From the NCBI GenBank assembly GCA_040752695.1, contig JBFMGO010000092.1:1-24223 (forward strand): a DNA stretch of 24,223 nucleotides. The letters run 5' to 3'. Every line of letters starts with the position of its first letter. The first letter of the stretch is position 1. The DNA is from a bacterium. Lineage in GTDB: Bacteria; SZUA-182; DTGQ01. Of this stretch, positions 23,699-24,223 are shown one piece after another. Below the pieces are notes generated by a model. It was not told the DNA's origin. It searched no databases and saw only the letters and a list, made by a program, of their open reading frames with translations. The position numbers and the translations under genes were made by a program.

Positions 23699-24223
23699 TT
23701 AAGTCTCGCCAATCGTCTGATGGAAAGTCAGATCCCCGCCCGTGTCATTAACTGCTCCGTCGATGGACACCCGCTGGATCTCCCCTGGCGTATCGTCTGC
23801 ATCAACAGCGTAAGCGATAAATATGTCAATAGATACTCTGTATTCATATTTTGTATCCAGAAGTGTACTTATATCAACGGGGTCCGAATGATCCCATACA
23901 GCCATTCCGGCAGCATATAATTTATCCTGAACCGAAGGTAAATTAATTGAATTAATTAACTTTTCCATGTACGCCAGATATGCATTATCAGCATATATAT
24001 TCACGGTCAGGGTCATTACCTTCCGGTTAGGGTACGTAAAGGTATCAAGGGCTTTATAGATTTCCTCAGGTGCCCCTGTGCTGCGAGACCCTAAAGAGAT
24101 ATTCATCGTGGCATAGGGCAGTGCTGGCCTTAAGGCGTTTGGCTTATCCCAGATGGTCTCGATCTTCAGCACCGAGGATATCCACTGATAGATGGCCGTC
24201 TCTTTGGCCTCATCGAGCCTGTA
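23699..24223 (-). CDS. Neck/tail terminator-like protein, 5' end beyond the window
   Basis: Frame open from 24223 (YRLDEAKETAIYQWISSVLKIETIW..PNALRPALPYATM); directly upstream of the sheath. Confidence 0.7.
   Translation of the reverse strand, partial: YRLDEAKETAIYQWISSVLKIETIWDKPNALRPALPYATMNISLGSRSTGAPEEIYKALDTFTYPNRKVMTLTVNIYADNAYLAYMEKLINSINLPSVQDKLYAAGMAVWDHSDPVDISTLLDTKYEYRVSIDIFIAYAVDADDTPGEIQRVSIDGAVNDTGGDLTFHQTIGET

Noticed and set aside
6632..24223. Calling the cluster a tailocin or eCIS
   Set aside because: Head genes would lie beyond 24223 and cannot be assessed; no Afp/PVC-type ATPase or DUF4157 markers seen; gene families look like ordinary myophage tail genes

Overview
The window holds two phage-type modules, both read mainly on the minus strand. 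The right part (6632-24223, higher GC) is a contractile-tail operon: neck/terminator, DUF3383-type sheath, tube, tail chaperone with a -1 frameshift, tape measure, Dit-like, plug, hub, gp138-like spike, gp46/W-like, baseplate J, DUF2612-like wedge partner and a beta-helix tail spike. Between J and its usual partner lies a six-gene cassette with three tandem DUF2961/GH172-like paralogs, only one of which keeps both catalytic glutamates. The left part (1-6656, AT-rich) looks like a Mu-like early/control region: Dam-family methylase, a cloverleaf RNA upstream of it, XRE repressor, Ner-like protein, a Mu-type HTH protein and small accessory genes. The tail-spike gene appears cut where the AT-rich block begins. 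Most spacers in the tail operon are degenerate tandem amplifications of the stop/RBS/start junction. All family calls are by motif recognition and gene order only; no searches were run.
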